A stretch of DNA of 64,000 nt from Gemmatimonadota bacterium (lineage in GTDB: Bacteria; Gemmatimonadota; Gemmatimonadetes; Gemmatimonadales; GWC2-71-9): contig JBDHHP010000010.1 in NCBI GenBank assembly GCA_039589275.1, forward strand, positions 15 to 64,014, given 5' to 3'. The translations under genes were made by a program, and so were the position numbers. The number at the start of each line of letters is the position of its first letter. The first letter of the stretch is position 1. Below the pieces are notes generated by a model that had not been told where the DNA came from, did not search any database, and saw only the letters and a program-made list of their open reading frames with translations. Shown piece by piece: positions 44,835-55,464 of this stretch.

Positions 44835-46022
44835 TTAATCAGCACCCCCCACGGCGTCTTTCAAGTCTGCCGCCCGAGATGGGTCCTCCCAGGTGAACAA
44901 ACGCACTTCCTTTCCGCTTATTACAACATCTACGGGTTCCCGGCCGAAGTGGCCGTATGCTGCTGCCTGGCGGTAGATCGGCTTGCGCAGATCCAAATCC
45001 GCAATGATGCCAGCCGGAGTGAGATCGAACACCTTGTGTACCGCCCTGTCGATGACCTCGTCTGATACCACGCCAGTACCCATCGTGTCGACCATGACCG
45101 AGACCGGTTGCGCGACACCGATCGCGTACGCCAGCTGCACCTCACAGCGGCGCGCCAGCCTTGCGGCTACGATATTCTTCGCCACCCACCGCGCGGCATA
45201 GGTCGCGGAGCGGTCCACCTTGGTGGGGTCCTTTCCGCTGAACGCACCGCCGCCGTGCCGCCCTGCACCACCGTAGGTATCCACGATGATCTTGCGGCCG
45301 GTCAAGCCGGCATCGCCTTGGGGTCCGCCGACCACGAATCTCCCGGTCGGATTGATGTGCAAAGCCACGCCTTCAGTATCGAGGCCGGATCCCTGAAGGA
45401 CGGGCTCTATCACCTGGTTTCTTACTCCCTCGTGAATCTCGGCGTTCTCTGCGCTGTCCGCGTGCTGGGTCGAAAGTACCACAGCCCGCACCGCGACCGG
45501 CCGACCATCTGCGTACTCCACCGCGACCTGACTCTTCCCGTCGGGTCGCAGCCAAGGTAATTGACCGGATTTCCGAGTCTCCGCCAGGCGCTTGGTGAGC
45601 CGATGCGCAAGCGTAATTGGCATGGGCATCAGCTCCGGTGTCTCATCGGTGGCGTACCCGAACATCATTCCCTGGTCACCGGCTCCACCGGTATCGACGC
45701 CTACCGAGATATCAGCCGATTGCGCGTCGAGTGAGGTCAGAACGGCGCAAGTGTCCGCATCGAAGCCGGTCGTAGCATGCGTGTACCCAATGTCCCGCAC
45801 CAGCCCGCGTACGATTCGCGGCACTTCCACGTAGGCAGAAGTCGTGACTTCACCCGCAACGATGACCATTCCGGTTGTGACCAGCGTCTCACAGGCAACA
45901 CGGGCTACTGGGTCCTCGGCCAGAATGCTGTCCAGGATGCCGTCCGAAATCTGGTCGGCGACTTTGTCCGGGTGCCCTTCGGTGACTGATTCCGACGAAA
46001 ACAAGTATCGTTGTGAACTCAT
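44835..46022 (-). CDS. metK: Methionine adenosyltransferase
   Basis: [52 protein letters not shown]. Confidence 0.95.
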   Translation of the reverse strand: MSSQRYLFSSESVTEGHPDKVADQISDGILDSILAEDPVARVACETLVTTGMVIVAGEVTTSAYVEVPRIVRGLVRDIGYTHATTGFDADTCAVLTSLDAQSADISVGVDTGGAGDQGMMFGYATDETPELMPMPITLAHRLTKRLAETRKSGQLPWLRPDGKSQVAVEYADGRPVAVRAVVLSTQHADSAENAEIHEGVRNQVIEPVLQGSGLDTEGVALHINPTGRFVVGGPQGDAGLTGRKIIVDTYGGAGRHGGGAFSGKDPTKVDRSATYAARWVAKNIVAARLARRCEVQLAYAIGVAQPVSVMVDTMGTGVVSDEVIDRAVHKVFDLTPAGIIADLDLRKPIYRQAAAYGHFGREPVDVVISGKEVRLFTWEDPSRAADLKDAVGGAD

Positions 46023-46064
46023 TTGTGACCGTAAGTAATTGATTGATTTGAAGTTACAAGCGTA

Positions 46065-47846
46065 TCAGCTGACCGGCAACCTACCCGCCTCGAGCAGGTC
46101 TAGATCGACGTATTCGCCCATCGCGTGCTCCAGCGCTTCCGTGACTTCGTCATTGGTGGACGCGGCCAGAGCCGCGGCGGCAGCCCGCTCTGTGGCCTCA
46201 ATCTCGACCTGACGGATGAGCCACCGCACGAGTGGTAACGCACCGGGTGAGGAACTCAACACCCTGTAGCCAAGTCCTAACAGTAACAGGGTGGACAGCG
46301 GTTCGGACGCCATTTCGCCACAAACGCTCACGTCCTTGCCTCTGCGCACGCCACAATCGACCACCCGCTTCAATAGTCGTACCACGGCCGGATGGAGTGG
46401 GGTAAAACGGTCGGCCAGTCGCGCGTTGCCGCGATCAACGGCCAGGGTGTACTGCGTGAGATCGTTGGTGCCGACGCTGAGGAAGTCGGCGCACTCCGAT
46501 AACTGTTCCACCATCATCGCGGCTGCAGGCGTCTCAACCATGACTCCGACTGGTAGGTCCGTTCCTATTGGCACTCCGTCCTTCTGGAGCTGCTCGACCG
46601 CCTCACCAATCAGTTCGCGGGTCCGCATGACCTCCTCGATCTGCGTCACGAGCGGCAGCATGAGGCGAACGTCGGCCGACGCGCGGGCCCGCAGAATGGC
46701 TCGGATTTGGGTGCGCATGATGTCGGGCTGGTCCAAACAAACCCGAATGGCCCTCCAACCTAGGAAGGGGTTGGCTTCCGGAGCAGTCCGAAATGCGGCC
46801 GGGAACTTGTCGCCCCCCAAGTCGTAGCTGCGAATGACAACTGGGTGCGGTGCGAATCTCGTCCCGATTCGCTCAAAGAAGCTCGCCTGCTCGTCCTCCC
46901 CCGGCAACTGGGTGCGGCCCACAACCAGGAACTCGGTGCGAAACAGGCCGACGCCCTCCGCTCCATGTTCAATGGCCGACTCGATCTCTTCCGGCAGATC
47001 AACGTTGCCCCGCAAGATCACGTTGCTGCCATCCTTGGTGCGCGCAGCGCGGTCGACGACAGCCTCGAGTTCACGACCCAACCGGATCCTCAATCCCTCC
47101 CGCCCGTACGCCTCCTTGATCTCCTCCTCCGTCGGATCCAGGAGTAGCACTCCACGGGTGCCGTCGAGCAGCGCGTCTACACCGGAATGGATCCGATCGA
47201 TGCCACCTACCAGCCCCATGACGCACGGGATCTCGAGACTGCGAGCCAAGATCGCCGCATGGGATGTGCGTGCACCAAACTCGCTTGCAAGCCCGGTCAC
47301 CTTGCCCTGCTCGAGCTGTACCGTGAGCCCTGGTGTCAACTCCCGCGCAACTACGATCACGGGACGGTCGCCGGCTCCATGCAGTACATCCTCGAGCGAT
47401 TGGCCCAACAGCGCGTGAAGCACCCGCGTCTGGATTCCTGCAAGGTCCGATACACGTTGCTGCAAGGTGGCGCTGGATGACTGGGCCCAGAGCTCTCTCA
47501 GTTCCAACGACTCAAACTCGAATGCTCGCTCAGCAGTCAACAGATTCTCGCGTACGAGAGTCTCGACCTCACCCAGGAAATGCTCGTCTTTCAGCATCGC
47601 GATTTGGGCGCCGAATATCTTCGCCTCCTCGACACCCGCACGATCCAACGTGTGCTGACGCAAACCTTCCAGCTGTTTACCCACGACCTCGATAGCCTGA
47701 TGCAATCTCTCCACTTCATCCGTGACTTCGTCGCGGGAAATCACACGATGAGTGATGGCGGGAAGCTCCGCGCGCATGACATAGACGGGCCCCACCGTTA
47801 TCCCCGGCGACACCCCTAAGCCTTTGATCACACGCTCGTGGTTCAT
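46065..47846 (-). CDS. ptsI: Phosphoenolpyruvate-protein phosphotransferase (PTS enzyme I)
   Basis: GARTSHAAILARSLEIPCV (catalytic His region) and DFLSVGTNDLTQYTLAVDR. Confidence 0.9.
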   Translation of the reverse strand: MNHERVIKGLGVSPGITVGPVYVMRAELPAITHRVISRDEVTDEVERLHQAIEVVGKQLEGLRQHTLDRAGVEEAKIFGAQIAMLKDEHFLGEVETLVRENLLTAERAFEFESLELRELWAQSSSATLQQRVSDLAGIQTRVLHALLGQSLEDVLHGAGDRPVIVVARELTPGLTVQLEQGKVTGLASEFGARTSHAAILARSLEIPCVMGLVGGIDRIHSGVDALLDGTRGVLLLDPTEEEIKEAYGREGLRIRLGRELEAVVDRAARTKDGSNVILRGNVDLPEEIESAIEHGAEGVGLFRTEFLVVGRTQLPGEDEQASFFERIGTRFAPHPVVIRSYDLGGDKFPAAFRTAPEANPFLGWRAIRVCLDQPDIMRTQIRAILRARASADVRLMLPLVTQIEEVMRTRELIGEAVEQLQKDGVPIGTDLPVGVMVETPAAAMMVEQLSECADFLSVGTNDLTQYTLAVDRGNARLADRFTPLHPAVVRLLKRVVDCGVRRGKDVSVCGEMASEPLSTLLLLGLGYRVLSSSPGALPLVRWLIRQVEIEATERAAAAALAASTNDEVTEALEHAMGEYVDLDLLEAGRLPVS

Positions 47847-48124
47847 ATTTCCTCGGCGAAATCCGTGGCCAACATCGCGGCGAGTTCCTCTACAGCCGCC
47901 TCCGCGTCACCGCCATTGGCTTGTAGTACTAGTGTGCTTCCGCATTCGGCAGCCAGAGTCATCACACCAAGTATGGACTTACCATTTACCTCCATGTTGT
48001 CGCGCGAGACTTTGATGTCCGCCTCGAACTTCGAGGCTATTTTTACGAACTCCGCTGCCGGGCGCGCATGCAAGCCGAGCCTATTAGCCACCATGACGCT
48101 GCGCTCTATCACACTTACAACCAT
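47843..48124 (-). CDS. ptsH: HPr family phosphocarrier protein
   Basis: Start at ATG 48124. NRLGLHARPAAEF (His-15 site) and GKSILGVMTL (Ser-46 site). Confidence 0.85.
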   Translation of the reverse strand: MVVSVIERSVMVANRLGLHARPAAEFVKIASKFEADIKVSRDNMEVNGKSILGVMTLAAECGSTLVLQANGGDAEAAVEELAAMLATDFAEEI

Positions 48125-48849
48125 CCCGCGAGCACAGCCAAGAAAACGGCACCCAGCCCGAAACGGAGCGCCCCCAACGTTGGCCAAACCCAGCGTGCGA
48201 AGACTATTCCAGCAGCGGCCACCACACCGACTCCAAACAGTGCGTCTGCGTCGAGACCTCTCGTCAGCCAAGCCCCGACCAAAGGCAGTGCAACTCCCAC
48301 CGCAAACGCAGCAACCGGCCCTGCCAACTGCATGGACAGCTTGATCGGTTTCCCTCCCAAGCTCCGGGAAACCTGCATGCCCCCGTCCCATCCCGCTCGG
48401 AGTGCCCATGTCCTAATTAGTAGGTGCACGGAGTTGTACAGCAGGAGGAACGCGACGACGCCGGCTAGAGGTGATGCGACCACCCCCAAAATGAGTCCTA
48501 CCGCCGACGCTACGGGCAGGGCGCCGGCCCACACTATCTTGTCCCCAACTGATCCAAGTGGTCCACCCAGAGCGCGGCGAAGTCTGTCGGTCTGGTCTTG
48601 TGGCACACCCTCGTGCTCGGCACGAGAAAGCGACCCGACGGCGAGGCCGATCAAGTACGGATGGCCATTGAAATACCGCGCTGCCCTGGCCAGCGCCTGT
48701 CGGTACCTGTCGCCATCCGTGCCTCCCGGTAGGTCCCGCAACAGAGGCTCACTCGAGAACGCCACACCGACGCCCACAAGACGGTCATAGTTCCATGAAG
48801 CCTGAACTAGCAGGAGCCGAAACCACGCCGACACGGTTCCCCGCTTCAT
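48115..48849 (-). CDS. PTS mannose/fructose/sorbose family IID component
   Basis: Start at ATG 48849 (ATGA overlap with IIC). FRLLLVQASWNYDRLVGVGVAF is typical of EIID-Man. Confidence 0.8.
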   Translation of the reverse strand: MKRGTVSAWFRLLLVQASWNYDRLVGVGVAFSSEPLLRDLPGGTDGDRYRQALARAARYFNGHPYLIGLAVGSLSRAEHEGVPQDQTDRLRRALGGPLGSVGDKIVWAGALPVASAVGLILGVVASPLAGVVAFLLLYNSVHLLIRTWALRAGWDGGMQVSRSLGGKPIKLSMQLAGPVAAFAVGVALPLVGAWLTRGLDADALFGVGVVAAAGIVFARWVWPTLGALRFGLGAVFLAVLAGWL

Positions 48850-49514
48850 AATAGGATCACTCCGATGAACCCTCCGATGAGCCCCAGCACGAACCAACGT
48901 TGAACGGATTTCTGGCCCGCCAGTCGAATCACTCCCATAACGGCCGCAGATGCGGCCGCACCGAGCGTCACGATGCCGAGATACACGGCGCCCTGCACGT
49001 TCAACGGCGCCCATTGCCGAACCGCCCAAGCCAGAATGAGTCCGAACAGGGTAACCAGCAGACAACGGATCACGTCGCGCCCCAGACAGCGCACATGCAG
49101 ACGCGCAATCACTGCTACAGATCCGGCGTCCAATTGAGTCCTGTGACGCTCAACGTCCCCTCCGTTTCTGATCCGCATCAAGTGGATCGCCCATCCGCCC
49201 ACAAACGCGACCAAGAGACCTGCCGCCACGCCGACCCCAGTGCCGAGAATCGCCGGCGCACCCGCTGCTGCCGCTACTCCACTCACCGCACCCAGGCCGT
49301 AGTCGGGGTACTTGGATGCCCCAACTGGAAGCACCTCGAACGCAAACAACTCCAAGACGACCCCGACTGTCATACCCATGGCCGGGTCTCCCACGATCAA
49401 ACCCGCGATGACTGCCGCAACAAATGGGCGAGCAATCATGACTTGGGCTACACTCGCCAGGTCCAGCCCGACGAGGACTCCCCACAGCAGCAACCACGCG
49501 AAGTTGTCTATCAC
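48846..49514 (-). CDS. PTS mannose-family IIC component
   Basis: 222-aa polytopic membrane ORF between IIB and IID (LLWGVLVGLDLASVAQVMIARP...). Confidence 0.75.
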   Translation of the reverse strand: MIDNFAWLLLWGVLVGLDLASVAQVMIARPFVAAVIAGLIVGDPAMGMTVGVVLELFAFEVLPVGASKYPDYGLGAVSGVAAAAGAPAILGTGVGVAAGLLVAFVGGWAIHLMRIRNGGDVERHRTQLDAGSVAVIARLHVRCLGRDVIRCLLVTLFGLILAWAVRQWAPLNVQGAVYLGIVTLGAAASAAVMGVIRLAGQKSVQRWFVLGLIGGFIGVILL

Positions 49515-49984
49515 GCAAACTCCGATATCGGCACGGATTTGCCAGTTGGAACGTCCTGCGCCGAAACCTCTATTCCCTCTTCAGTCAATGCCCTCAAGTT
49601 GCTGGCTTCCTCGTCGGTCAAGAAGATGTACCGCCACCTTCTGGTGCGACCGTCCGCCTCATGAATGCCGCCAACGTTCACATGCTTGACTGCCGAACTC
49701 GCGTGGCACGCCGCAACCAGCGTGCTCACATCAGCCATAACCACGATGGTGCGGCTGCCGTCGCTCGCCAGTCGATCGAGCGCGCCGCCGGCTCCGCCGA
49801 TTTCGACGAAGTCCACTTCCATGCTGGGCGGAACACCCATGCGGTAGAGGTCTCTCTCCCACTCGTTCTGCGCCACGTGATCGTCGATTAGTAGAATCCG
49901 ATCCGCACTCAACGCCTGCCCCCACCCAACGACCACCTGGCCGTGGATGAGGCGATCGTCCAACCGCACCAGAACCAGGGTCAC
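49511..49984 (-). CDS. PTS mannose/sorbose-type IIB component
   Basis: [18 protein letters not shown] is the conserved phospho-His motif of EIIB-Man. Confidence 0.85.
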   Translation of the reverse strand: MTLVLVRLDDRLIHGQVVVGWGQALSADRILLIDDHVAQNEWERDLYRMGVPPSMEVDFVEIGGAGGALDRLASDGSRTIVVMADVSTLVAACHASSAVKHVNVGGIHEADGRTRRWRYIFLTDEEASNLRALTEEGIEVSAQDVPTGKSVPISEFA

Positions 49985-50361
49985 GATCTCACCGTGTTGA
50001 TTGCGCGCTTCCCAGCCGATGTTGCCCGCGCGGCCGCTTCGCGTGGCGATAGATCTCGATGATACACGAAATCGATCAACATCGGCAGGTTCACACCGGC
50101 AACCACGGCCACGTCATCCCTCTCACGGAACTGAGTCATTGCTGCCTGGAGACAACTGCCGCCCGGCATGTCGGTGAATACCAGTGCAGGTTGGTCACCG
50201 ACGGCAGCTTCCACTCCAGCGCACAAATCGTCCCTGCTTAGGCCTTCGTTGGACACGGGTGTTAGTGCGTCCGCTTCACCGGTGATGTTCTGCACTGCCC
50301 GAACCAACGCCGCCGCGACGCCGGCGTGGCACACCACCACCGCGCGCAACGCCTCACTCAT
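49981..50361 (-). CDS. PTS mannose-type IIA component
   Basis: [12 protein letters not shown] (His site) and [13 protein letters not shown] (DxxGGS motif). Confidence 0.75.
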   Translation of the reverse strand: MSEALRAVVVCHAGVAAALVRAVQNITGEADALTPVSNEGLSRDDLCAGVEAAVGDQPALVFTDMPGGSCLQAAMTQFRERDDVAVVAGVNLPMLIDFVYHRDLSPREAAARATSAGKRAINTVRS

Positions 50362-51319
50362 AGTCCTCCGTCAGGTAGTCCTTCAGCTCTCGTTGTTCAG
50401 CCATTTTGGTGAGCAGGCGCTCGTTGAAGGTGACCGCCGGGTCCACTCCGCTGTAGCGCAGCAAGAGGTTCATTGCAACAACCTCAGAGATTACGGTTAT
50501 GTTCTTCCCGGGGTTCAACGGCACCACTACGCGTGGAAGGTCTACGCCAAGAACCTCGACTGTCTGCCCGTCGAGACCAGTTCTGTCGGCTCCCTTCGCG
50601 CTCTCCCACTCCTTAAGGTCGACGACAACCTCGATACGTTTCTGCTGTCGCACCGCATGTACGCCAAACAACGCCGATATGTCGATCAGTCCGACACCGC
50701 GGATCTCCATGTACCTATGGGACAATGTGGTTGCACGTCCGATCAAGACGTCGGTACCACGACGACTTATGTGCACCACGTCGTCGGCGACGAGCCTGTG
50801 CCCCCGCTCAACTAAGTCGAGCACGCATTCGCTCTTGCCAATTCCCGATCTGCCAGTGAACAGGAGACCTACCCCGTAAACGTCAGCGAGCGACGCATGC
50901 AGGGTAGTGGAAGGCGCAAACACTTCTGCGAGATAGGGGGTGATACGCCGGTAGAACTCGGAGGTTGTAAGCTTCGACCGCATTACCGCTATCCCGTGCT
51001 CCTTCGCCATGCGGGACAACCCTCTCGGTATCGGCTGACCCTTGGTGACGAAGACACAGGACAGATCGAAGTTCATCAGGGTCTCGAGTGAGCGGCGCCT
51101 TTCCTCCTTATCTAACGATCTAAGGTACGAGATCTCGGTCTCACCCAGTACGTGCAACCGTTCCGGCACAAACCGCTCAATGAACCCAGCTAGCACCAGA
51201 CCAGGACTGGACACCTCCGGCGATCGGATTTCCCGATCCAAACCCACGTCGCCAGTCATCAGCTCCAACTGGAGCGACCGTTGCTTACGCTCGAACAGCT
51301 CCCTAACGGACAAGCCCAT
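50354..51319 (-). CDS. hprK: HPr kinase/phosphorylase
   Basis: Walker [26 protein letters not shown], then [11 protein letters not shown]. Confidence 0.9.
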   Translation of the reverse strand: MGLSVRELFERKQRSLQLELMTGDVGLDREIRSPEVSSPGLVLAGFIERFVPERLHVLGETEISYLRSLDKEERRRSLETLMNFDLSCVFVTKGQPIPRGLSRMAKEHGIAVMRSKLTTSEFYRRITPYLAEVFAPSTTLHASLADVYGVGLLFTGRSGIGKSECVLDLVERGHRLVADDVVHISRRGTDVLIGRATTLSHRYMEIRGVGLIDISALFGVHAVRQQKRIEVVVDLKEWESAKGADRTGLDGQTVEVLGVDLPRVVVPLNPGKNITVISEVVAMNLLLRYSGVDPAVTFNERLLTKMAEQRELKDYLTEDYE

Positions 51320-51321
51320 GA

Positions 51322-51627
51322 CTAAGCCGCGGGTTCACGGTGCGGTGGTGGTTTCCGCACCTCTTTCGCGATCTGATTGCGGATCTTGTCGGCGGCGCGA
51401 TCGAGTGCGGTGCGGAAATCGGAGGCTTCGGCAGATGCGACTTTGACCAGGCCTCGGGGTAGAAACAGCTTCAGTTCCACCACCTTGTCGCCATGGTCCG
51501 CATCAAAGATGACTTCGGCGGACTGTGGCCTACTTGCGATCTTCACGGCCTTTTCCACCACCTGCTCTGCACGTGCCCTCAACTCCTCCGATACTTCGCA
51601 ATGGCGCGCCGTAACGGTAATCCGCAT
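51322..51627 (-). CDS. hpf: Ribosome hibernation promoting factor (short HPF/RaiA family)
   Basis: MRITVTARHCEVSEELRARAEQVVEKAVKI...AEASDFRTALDRAADKIRNQI. Confidence 0.85.
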   Translation of the reverse strand: MRITVTARHCEVSEELRARAEQVVEKAVKIASRPQSAEVIFDADHGDKVVELKLFLPRGLVKVASAEASDFRTALDRAADKIRNQIAKEVRKPPPHREPAA

Positions 51628-51651
51628 CGTTCCATCGCTCCTTCTGCCCAG

Positions 51652-52767
51652 TCAACGGGCGTTGTTCAGCGTCTCCAAAAGATGTTTTTCGGTGTGGTCA
51701 GCTGCACGATCCCATGACAGTGTCTCTGCAAAATGCCGTGCCTGTTGTCCCAGCTGTTCTACCGATCCGGGTGTTGCTGCAAGCCGCTGCATCGCAGCGG
51801 AATACGCTCGCGCATCGCCGTGCGGCACCAGCAGTCCGGTCTCCCCATCCCGGACCGATTCCCTGAGCCCCGGACTGTCAGACGCGATCGCCGGCGTTCC
51901 GCATGCCGCGGCCTCGACGTTGGCAATCCCCCAACCCTCTTTGGCCGACGGAAAGACCAACGCCCAAGCCCGCCTGAGGAGAGTCCGCTTCTTCTCCTCA
52001 TCGACGAAACCCAGGAAACGCACTGCGTCTCCTAATCGTAGTCGCTCTGCTACCCCCTCGAGCCTACCCTGGTCGTCCCCGCGACCCGCTATGAGCAGTC
52101 TGGCGTCAATACCGTCGGAACGGGACAGAGAGACAGCCTCCAACAACACTTCAATCCCTTTATAACGCTTGAGCCGGCCCACGTACAGGAATGTCGGTTG
52201 GTCGAATCGAGTTGAATCGGGATCCGGCGCGAACCACTCGGAGTCGACACCCGGTAGAATCACTCTGATACAGTCAGATCGCACACCGCGGTTCACCAGG
52301 TCCGACTTGGTGCTATCACTGATAGCGTGGAACGCGGCGCCGCGGTATAGCCGCGGTACCGGACGCTCAGCGAGCCACACTGCGCTTGCAACCGGAAGCG
52401 AAGCTTCCCTAAATGCCGTTGTGCCAAACAGATGAGGCACTATCACGTATACCGGGAGGCGTGTCATCGTCGACACGAAAAGGGGCAGCTTGTTGATGTC
52501 CTCCACAACCAAGTCGTAACCCCCGGAGCGCAGCTCACGGCGAACCGCCCCTCTGCCCACAAGGGCGAATGTGTGGCGACCCCCGCACCGTCGCACCGAT
52601 AACCCTGAGATCGCCGCCTCGGAAGCTGCGCCTTTCCAGCCCGAAGCGATCAGAGTTACGTCGTGCCCTCGCTCAACCAGACGCCCAAAGATCTCGAAGA
52701 AGTGTATCTCGGCCCCGCCCGCCTGCGGGTTCTCCAAGTCGAGCCAATTGACCGCCAACACCCTCAA
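51652..52767 (-). CDS. Glycosyltransferase family 4 (GT-B fold)
   Basis: FPSAKEGWGIANVEAAACGTPAIASDSPGLRESV is the E-x7-E type Glycos_transf_1 motif. Confidence 0.8.
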   Translation of the reverse strand: MRVLAVNWLDLENPQAGGAEIHFFEIFGRLVERGHDVTLIASGWKGAASEAAISGLSVRRCGGRHTFALVGRGAVRRELRSGGYDLVVEDINKLPLFVSTMTRLPVYVIVPHLFGTTAFREASLPVASAVWLAERPVPRLYRGAAFHAISDSTKSDLVNRGVRSDCIRVILPGVDSEWFAPDPDSTRFDQPTFLYVGRLKRYKGIEVLLEAVSLSRSDGIDARLLIAGRGDDQGRLEGVAERLRLGDAVRFLGFVDEEKKRTLLRRAWALVFPSAKEGWGIANVEAAACGTPAIASDSPGLRESVRDGETGLLVPHGDARAYSAAMQRLAATPGSVEQLGQQARHFAETLSWDRAADHTEKHLLETLNNAR

Positions 52768-53201
52768 AGGTAGCCCAGCTTCCTGGCCAACGCGTCGAGC
52801 ACACCGTTAATGAAACCGGGCGCCTTAGAGCCGGCGAACCAGTGCGCCAGCTTGACGGCTTCGTCAATTGCCACCTTAGCTGGCGTTCCTACGGTTCTCA
52901 TTTCGTGCAGTGCCAGGCGGAGGATGTTTCGCTCAACTACGCCAATTCTTTCGAGCCGCCAATTCTCGGCGACCGCGATGATTTCCGCATCAAGTTGATC
53001 GACATTACGAATCACGTCGGCGGCCGCAGGCTCAGCTGCATCGAGCTGTTTGCTCAGTCTCCCATCGAGTTGGTTGAATCGAAAAGCCAAGCCCTCGAGG
53101 GTTGCGTCATCGCGGACGTCCCAGGCGTAGAGCAGTTGCAGAGCCCGAGCCCGAGCCCGAGTCTCAGTCCTCAGCACTCTGCTCGAACCGCTCGAGCGCA
53201 T
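52764..53201 (-). CDS. nusB: Transcription antitermination factor NusB
   Basis: ARARALQLLYAWDV...ERIGVVERNILRLALHEM...VAIDEAVKLAHWFAGSKAPGFINGVLD. Confidence 0.85.
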   Translation of the reverse strand: MRSSGSSRVLRTETRARARALQLLYAWDVRDDATLEGLAFRFNQLDGRLSKQLDAAEPAAADVIRNVDQLDAEIIAVAENWRLERIGVVERNILRLALHEMRTVGTPAKVAIDEAVKLAHWFAGSKAPGFINGVLDALARKLGYL

Positions 53202-53643
53202 TCAGGACATCGACAGCCGCTTGCGCTGCCTCTTCACCCTTGTTGCCAGCCGTCCCGCCCGCTCGGGCAAGCGCTTGAGCCATGGTGTCGCAGGTAAGCA
53301 GACCGAAACCGACCGGCACCATATGACGCACTGAGGCCTCTGCCAACCCTCTGGAAGCCTCACGGGCGATGTAGTCGAAATGTGGGGTCTCGCCCCTGAT
53401 GACCGCGCCCACAGCGACGGCGAGAGCGAATCGCCCGGTCGCCAACCCGCGGTGCACCACAAGTGGGATCTCAAATGCGCCGGGTACCCAAATCTCTTCT
53501 ATTTCCAGCTCGGTGAATCCGGCGGCCAGGAGGGTTTGCTTGGCACCGCTCAGCAGCTTGCGCGTCACACTCTCATTGAAACGGCTGGCGACGATCAGTG
53601 CCCGACGGTCGAGCCCGCGCGATAGTCTTGACTCGCCGGACAT
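53164..53643 (-). CDS. ribH: 6,7-dimethyl-8-ribityllumazine synthase
   Basis: ALIVASRFNESVTRKLLSGA...VPGAFEIPLV...GAVIRGETPHFDYI...GFGLLTCDT. Confidence 0.9.
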   Translation of the reverse strand: MSGESRLSRGLDRRALIVASRFNESVTRKLLSGAKQTLLAAGFTELEIEEIWVPGAFEIPLVVHRGLATGRFALAVAVGAVIRGETPHFDYIAREASRGLAEASVRHMVPVGFGLLTCDTMAQALARAGGTAGNKGEEAAQAAVDVLNALERFEQSAED

Positions 53644-53644
53644 G

Positions 53645-54850
53645 TTAGACGGAGAAGAGATGGCCGAGCTTGTCCCGCTTGACAGCTAGGTAGTGTCGGT
53701 TTTCTAGGCTCGGATCCGCGACGATCGGGACCCTTCCGACGATCTCCAACCCGTAGCCCTCCAAACCGACGAGCTTGTGAGGGTTGTTGGTCATGACGCG
53801 GATAGAACTGAGTCCCAAATCTCTCAGTATTTGAGCTCCGATGCCGTAGTTGCGCAGGTCCGGAGGAAAGCCGAGTTGCTGATTTGCCTCAACTGTATCG
53901 TGGCCCACATCCTGCAATTCATAGGCTTTGAGCTTGTTGAGCAGTCCGATGCCCCGACCCTCCTGGTCCAAGTAAACCACGGCGCCCGCGCCTTCTTCTG
54001 CAATCGCCTGCATGGCACTGTGCAGCTGCCAGCCACAATCGCAACGATCCGATCCGAACACGTCTCCCGTAAGACATTTCGAGTGCATACGGACTAATAC
54101 GCTCTCGCGACCTGCCACATCGCCAAATACGAGGGCAACGTGCTCCGCTCTGTCCACAGCGTTGTCATAGCCGATTATCCGGAACTCACCGTAGGGCGTC
54201 GGCAATCTGGCCTCTGCGACGCGCTGGACCAGGCTCTCCGTCTGTAACCGGTGGGACACCAATTGCGAGATGGTGACGTAGGCCAGCCCGTGTTGCTTGG
54301 CAAACTCCTCGAGCTGTGCCCGCCGCATCATCGTCCCGTCGTCGGCGATTATCTCGCAGATGACCCCACCAGGATAAAGTCCGGCCAATCGCGCTAGGTC
54401 CACGCTGGCCTCCGTATGACCCACGCGCTGCAGCACGCCTCCCTTGCGCGCACGCAACGGAAACACGTGACCCGGACGACAGAGATCCGCTGGAATTGTG
54501 GCCGAGTCGATTGCCACCTGTATGGTCTTGGCCCGATCGGCCGCTGAGATTCCCGTGGTCACCCCGAACCGTTTAGCGGCGTCAATGCTGACTGTGAACG
54601 CAGTCTCAGACGATTCGTTATTCTCGTCGGTCATTTGAGGCAACCCGAGTGCAGCACAACGCTCGGGTAGTAGAGTGAGGCATATCAGTCCACGACCGTA
54701 TTTGGCCATGAAGTTGATCATCTCAGGAGTCACGTGTTCGGCTGCCCCAATCAGGTCGCCCTCGCTCTCGCGGTCTTCGTCGTCCGCTACGATGACGAGT
54801 CTACCGTTTCGAACGTCTTCGACTGCCTTGTCTATGGTCGAGTATGTCAT
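53645..54850 (-). CDS. ribBA: Bifunctional 3,4-dihydroxy-2-butanone-4-phosphate synthase / GTP cyclohydrolase II
   Basis: VIVADDEDRESEGDLIGAAE (DHBPS) and RMHSKCLTGDVFGSDRCDCGWQL, LDQEGRGIGL (GCH II). Confidence 0.95.
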   Translation of the reverse strand: MTYSTIDKAVEDVRNGRLVIVADDEDRESEGDLIGAAEHVTPEMINFMAKYGRGLICLTLLPERCAALGLPQMTDENNESSETAFTVSIDAAKRFGVTTGISAADRAKTIQVAIDSATIPADLCRPGHVFPLRARKGGVLQRVGHTEASVDLARLAGLYPGGVICEIIADDGTMMRRAQLEEFAKQHGLAYVTISQLVSHRLQTESLVQRVAEARLPTPYGEFRIIGYDNAVDRAEHVALVFGDVAGRESVLVRMHSKCLTGDVFGSDRCDCGWQLHSAMQAIAEEGAGAVVYLDQEGRGIGLLNKLKAYELQDVGHDTVEANQQLGFPPDLRNYGIGAQILRDLGLSSIRVMTNNPHKLVGLEGYGLEIVGRVPIVADPSLENRHYLAVKRDKLGHLFSV

Positions 54851-55464
54851 TTGTTTCCTCCGCCAGCACTAACATCCCCGCGATCGAGCAACAGCTGCCT
54901 CACGAACTTGCCCACCATGTCACCTTCGAGGTGAACCGGGCTGCCCTCCCTGAGCCTCCCGAGAGTGGTTTCCTGCAGCGTGTAGGGGATCAGTGCTACC
55001 TGCACGACAGACTGTCCTGGTGTGTCGTTGACTGTCAGACTCACGCCGTCGATTGCGATCGATCCGTGTGGAACCGTCAGATCCCATATTTCCTGCGGCA
55101 CCTCGACATCGACCAGGATAGCGTCGTCTTTTCGTTCGACTTTTCGCACGCGTCCCACCGCATCCACGTGCCCCTGCACGAAGTGTCCGCCGAGCCTATC
55201 ACCCACCTTGAGCGCCCGCTCCAAGTTCACTTCGTCTCCCGTCTGTAGATCACCGAACCAAGTGCGTCCCCTGGTGGTGACAATGGCCTCCACAGCGAAC
55301 CAGCCGTCGTCGCAGTCCACCACGGTGAGGCACGCACCGCTTACCGCGATACTGTCCCCTTTGAGCAGATCGGTGTACGGGGCCTGTATAGTAAACGACA
55401 GGCGGTCGGCTTCGCGGCTGACCGCCGATACTCTGCCCACTTCCGTCACTATTCCGGTAAACAT
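54847..55464 (-). CDS. ribE: Riboflavin synthase alpha chain
   Basis: MFTGIVTEVGRV...GDSIAVSGACLTV...GSIAIDGVSLTV (duplicated lumazine-binding repeats). Confidence 0.9.
   Translation of the reverse strand: MFTGIVTEVGRVSAVSREADRLSFTIQAPYTDLLKGDSIAVSGACLTVVDCDDGWFAVEAIVTTRGRTWFGDLQTGDEVNLERALKVGDRLGGHFVQGHVDAVGRVRKVERKDDAILVDVEVPQEIWDLTVPHGSIAIDGVSLTVNDTPGQSVVQVALIPYTLQETTLGRLREGSPVHLEGDMVGKFVRQLLLDRGDVSAGGGNK

Noticed and set aside
44806-46064. SAM or SAH riboswitch upstream of metK or ahcY.
   Set aside because: The leaders are only 29 and 42 nt long and contain no conserved riboswitch elements.
53141-53161. (GAGCCC)3 hexamer repeat.
   Set aside because: It lies in the nusB 5' coding region just downstream of the ribH stop and simply encodes an Arg-Ala repeat (RARARA). 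Three units are unremarkable in GC-rich DNA.
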